From: Candidatus Altimarinota bacterium
Lineage (GTDB): Bacteria; Patescibacteriota; Gracilibacteria; UBA1369
Assembly (NCBI GenBank): GCA_041659405.1
Contig: JBAZYK010000015.1
Span: 1-26,854, forward strand
Direction: 5' to 3'
DNA: 26,854 bases
Shown one piece after another: positions 24,091 through 26,854 of the stretch. The notes beneath the pieces are model-generated. The model was given only the letters and a program-made list of their open reading frames with translations, made no database searches and was not told where the DNA came from. How positions within the stretch are numbered: the first letter of the stretch is position 1; each line of letters begins with the position of its first letter. The position numbers and the translations under genes were made by a program.

Positions 24091-24627
24091 ATGGCAGACG
24101 AACTCATTGATCTTGTAGACGAAAAAAACGAACTGACCGGAGAGCAAAAAACCTGGAGCGAAGTGCATAACAAAGCCCTTTTACATCGTTCAGTCCATAT
24201 TTGGATATACAACTCAAAAGGCGAAGTTCTGCTCCAATTAAGATCAGAAGAAAAATACACTTTTCCTAATCTTTGGGATATTTCCTGCGCTGGACACGTT
24301 GACTTAAATGAAGATCCCAAAACATCAGCCTTAAGAGAATTAAAAGAAGAACTGGGCCTAACGGTAGATCCACAAAATTTAAAATTCAGAAATATCGAAC
24401 GAGAACAAAAATCATCCGGCAAATTTAAGGAAAACGAATTTTGTTATGTCTACCTGCTTAAATTTGATGGAGCAGCAAGCGATTTGGTTTTGCAAAAAGA
24501 AGAGGTTCAGCAGGTCCAATTTCTAACTCCACAGCAAATCGAAAAAGAACTTAAAATAAATCCAACAAATTACGCACCTCACAATTATTGGCCAGAAATT
24601 TTGGAAGAAATACAAAATGCCTCATAA
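24091..24627 (+). CDS. NUDIX hydrolase, isopentenyl-diphosphate isomerase type-1-like
   Basis: WSEVHNKALLHRSVHIWIYNSKGEVLLQLRSEEKYTFPNLWDISCAGHVDLNEDPKTSALRELKEELGL. Confidence 0.85.
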   Translation: MADELIDLVDEKNELTGEQKTWSEVHNKALLHRSVHIWIYNSKGEVLLQLRSEEKYTFPNLWDISCAGHVDLNEDPKTSALRELKEELGLTVDPQNLKFRNIEREQKSSGKFKENEFCYVYLLKFDGAASDLVLQKEEVQQVQFLTPQQIEKELKINPTNYAPHNYWPEILEEIQNAS

Positions 24628-24690
24628 ACGCACGCGCAACCAATGAAACTTTGCACATCCACTGTCATCAAACTTTTCTAAAATAAAATC

Positions 24691-25278
24691 ATGAATCTCA
24701 CTTTCGTTATCGGCCTTCTCGGCTCACTAATCCTTGTACTTGGCGCTGCCTGGCCCGAGCCAAAGCATCCCAAACATCCGGTTCAATCTTTAAAAAATTG
24801 GCTATTTGCAGTTGGCGGCGTAGTGATGATGTTTTACGCCATTCTTGGCTATCTGCAGGGAAGTTCCATCTTCTTTGTGTTCATGCAGCTGCTGATTTTT
24901 GTTTCAACGGTTTTGATGATGTTGCACGTGGACGACCGCATCGATTCAGTCATTCTTGGCATCAGCGCGACAATTATCATCATTTGGTCTCTTTATCTTT
25001 TTCAAGGATATACCACAATTATTTTTATCCTCGGCCTGCTTGGAATCAGTCTTGGTTATGCCTTTGATATGGGCACATTAAGGCGCGATCTGGCCTTAAC
25101 CATCGGCAGTCTTTTGATTGCTTATTTCAGTTATGTTGAAGCAAACTGGATTTTCTTCTGGCTGAATTTATTTTTCGCGATCTTTTCCGGATTTTATCTT
25201 TTGAAAAGGACCACACGCGAACAACACAAGCAAACCACCCACCTTCGAGCTACTTCAAAATCTAAAAAACATCAATAA
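24691..25278 (+). CDS. multi-pass membrane protein, 195 aa
   Basis: Six or more hydrophobic segments, no recognised family. Confidence 0.6.
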   Translation: MNLTFVIGLLGSLILVLGAAWPEPKHPKHPVQSLKNWLFAVGGVVMMFYAILGYLQGSSIFFVFMQLLIFVSTVLMMLHVDDRIDSVILGISATIIIIWSLYLFQGYTTIIFILGLLGISLGYAFDMGTLRRDLALTIGSLLIAYFSYVEANWIFFWLNLFFAIFSGFYLLKRTTREQHKQTTHLRATSKSKKHQ

Positions 25279-25289
25279 TTTTCATAATT

Positions 25290-25712
25290 ATGTTCTACAA
25301 AAAATTCGATTCAAAATACGTAATCCGTCTGGAAAAAGGTGAAGAAATTGTCGCCTCACTCAAAAAATTCTGCACAGAAAATGGCATAAAAGCAGGATCA
25401 GTCCAGGGAATCGGCGCCAGCAACGATTTATCAATCGGATTCTTTAAAACCGCCGAAAAAAAATTCTATCCACGAGAATTTAAAGGTGATTTTGAAATCA
25501 CTTCGTTAATGGGGAACATCAGCACTTTTAATGATGAGCCCGTTTTGCATCTTCACATCAACATTGCCGACAGCGACAATAACGTCCACGGCGGCCACCT
25601 GAACAGCGCTGTCATAAGCGTAACCTTTGAAATTATCCTTGATCCGATCAACACCGAAATCAAACGCGTTCCAAACCAGGAAGTCGGCCTAAATCTAATG
25701 GATTTGGGGTAA
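25290..25712 (+). CDS. PPC/DUF296-domain protein
   Basis: YVIRLEKGEEIVASLKKFCTENGIKAGSVQGIGA...LHLHINIADSDNNVHGGHLNSAVISVTFEIIL. Confidence 0.87.
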   Translation: MFYKKFDSKYVIRLEKGEEIVASLKKFCTENGIKAGSVQGIGASNDLSIGFFKTAEKKFYPREFKGDFEITSLMGNISTFNDEPVLHLHINIADSDNNVHGGHLNSAVISVTFEIILDPINTEIKRVPNQEVGLNLMDLG

Positions 25713-25829
25713 AATTACCGCAGCAGGCAGAGCAAATTACCCCCTCAAGCCCAAACGCAGCCCTTAGTTCGTTTACACGGACGCCTTTTTGTGCTACAAT
25801 ACTATAATAAATTTAAAACAAACACAAAT

Positions 25830-26141
25830 ATGGACAGTTGGGAAATAGTGGGGATTACAGCATCAGTGCTCAGCTCACTAACACTCATTCCGGAAGTTAG
25901 AAACGCAATCATCAGCAAACACATGAAAGATGTGGCCTGGGGCATGCTCTTTTTGTTATTTGGAGCGTCCTGTTGTTGGCTCACCTACGGAATTATGTTT
26001 GGCGGACACATCCCCCTTATACTTGCCCCATCGATCAACATAACCATGGAAATAACTTTGATGATTTTAAAAAGAAAATACGATCGCCAGCAAGAACTTG
26101 AATTAAAAAATTCCTTAGCCCCCGCAGAATATGAAAGCTGA
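25830..26141 (+). CDS. SemiSWEET / MtN3-like (PQ-loop) transporter protomer A
   Basis: WEIVGITASVLSSLTLIPEVRNAIISKHMKDVAWGMLFLLFGASCCWLTYGI...PLILAPSINITMEITLMILK. The Met at 25830 starts the homologous region. Confidence 0.78.
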   Translation: MDSWEIVGITASVLSSLTLIPEVRNAIISKHMKDVAWGMLFLLFGASCCWLTYGIMFGGHIPLILAPSINITMEITLMILKRKYDRQQELELKNSLAPAEYES

Positions 26142-26463
26142 AATAATTGGATATCTCGGCGCACTATTGGGCTCGATTTCATTAATACCTGAAATCAAAA
26201 AAGCTCTCCATACACATCATCTAAAAGATGTATCTTCTTTGATGTTGTATTTTCTGGCAGCTGGCAGCGTTTTTTGGATTGCCTACGGCATCCACATTAA
26301 TTCTTATCCGAATATTATCAGCGATAGTGTGAATTTGTTTGCATCCAGTACGCTTATTTGGCTCAAAATGCATTACGAAGAACATGGACATCCGCTTATA
26401 ACCGCAGAAAAAGCACCCAAAGAGCCAAACGCAGCCTTGGGGAATTTAGAAGTAGGACGATAA
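26131..26463 (+). CDS. SemiSWEET / MtN3-like (PQ-loop) transporter protomer B
   Basis: IIGYLGALLGSISLIPEIKKALHTHHLKDVSSLMLYFLAAGSVFWIAYGI...YPNIISDSVNLFASSTLIWLK. Overlaps the upstream gene by 11 nt. Confidence 0.78.
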   Translation: MKAEIIGYLGALLGSISLIPEIKKALHTHHLKDVSSLMLYFLAAGSVFWIAYGIHINSYPNIISDSVNLFASSTLIWLKMHYEEHGHPLITAEKAPKEPNAALGNLEVGR

Positions 26464-26568
26464 AAATTACGAATTAAAAGTAAAAATCCCCGCTCAAAAT
26501 TTTGGGCAAATTTTAAATATTCATTTGCCGATAACAAAAAGCCGAACTATCATGTGCAAGCTTAAAGG

Positions 26569-26658
26569 GGAGAGATGGCCGAGTGGTTGAAGGCGCTACT
26601 CTCGAAAAGTAGTAAGGGGGCAACCTCTTCGTGGGTTCAAATCCCACTCTCTCCGCCA
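26569..26658 (+). tRNA. tRNA-Ser(CGA), CCA encoded
   Basis: GGAGAGA...TCTCTCC acceptor, anticodon stem CTACT/AGTAG with loop CTCGAAA, long variable arm, T-arm GTGGGTTCAAATCCCAC, GCCA end. Confidence 0.95.
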
Positions 26659-26854
26659 AGGCGTGCGCCTAAACCCGCAAATTTTCACTCCCATATGGGA
26701 ACTGAAACTATGTATTACTTGGAGTTTTAAAGTGGTTCCCTTTGTCCAGACAGTTTTTTGAGATTTTTAAGAGAGATTTTGGAAATAAATTTGGGCTGGG
26801 GTTTTGTAGTTGAGTGACTGGTGAGGACGAACATTGTTGTAGAAATGAAAGTAA

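Noticed and set aside
1-26854. CRISPR array, prophage or transposase
   Set aside because: No regularly spaced direct repeats, Cas-like, phage structural or transposase-like proteins recognised.

Overview
A 26.9 kb window, probably from a small-genome fermentative bacterium; the IPT/TIG and SLH surface proteins, many tiny membrane ORFs and the Cys-rich ribbon protein suggest Patescibacteria/CPR, but this is inference. Four blocks stand out. (1) 1-~2530: small same-strand ORFs (hypothetical; HicBA; membrane-HicB fusion plus a decayed HicA; SLH protein; small membrane protein) separated by recurring motifs, consensus approximately AAACTTCGGTT-GCGCGAAC|GTTRKG and YAACAGCRCCCAA. This looks like an integrase-less integron gene-cassette array (CALIN-like). 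(2) 7586-14908: a tight six-gene operon with hydrogenase-4 / complex-I-like order (small subunit, NuoL-like, NuoH-like, HyfE-like, NuoM-like, NuoC-NuoD-like large subunit). The membrane ion-translocation modules look intact, but every canonical [4Fe-4S] cysteine in the small subunit and every NiFe cysteine in the large subunit appears substituted, and no ferredoxin-like subunit is present. This is the strongest candidate for an under-described system. (3) 16720-16925: an unusual RNA-like locus with a perfect T-arm/acceptor/CCA, a long hairpin in place of the D and anticodon arms, and a nearby 16-nt inverted copy of the hairpin core. (4) 17822-26460: housekeeping-like genes (U32 peptidase, DoxX, DsbB, DsbA, L-LDH, QueE/QueC/QueF, NUDIX, PPC/DUF296, tandem SemiSWEETs), followed by tRNA-Ser(CGA). 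All homology calls come from motif recognition in the supplied translations; no database search was run.
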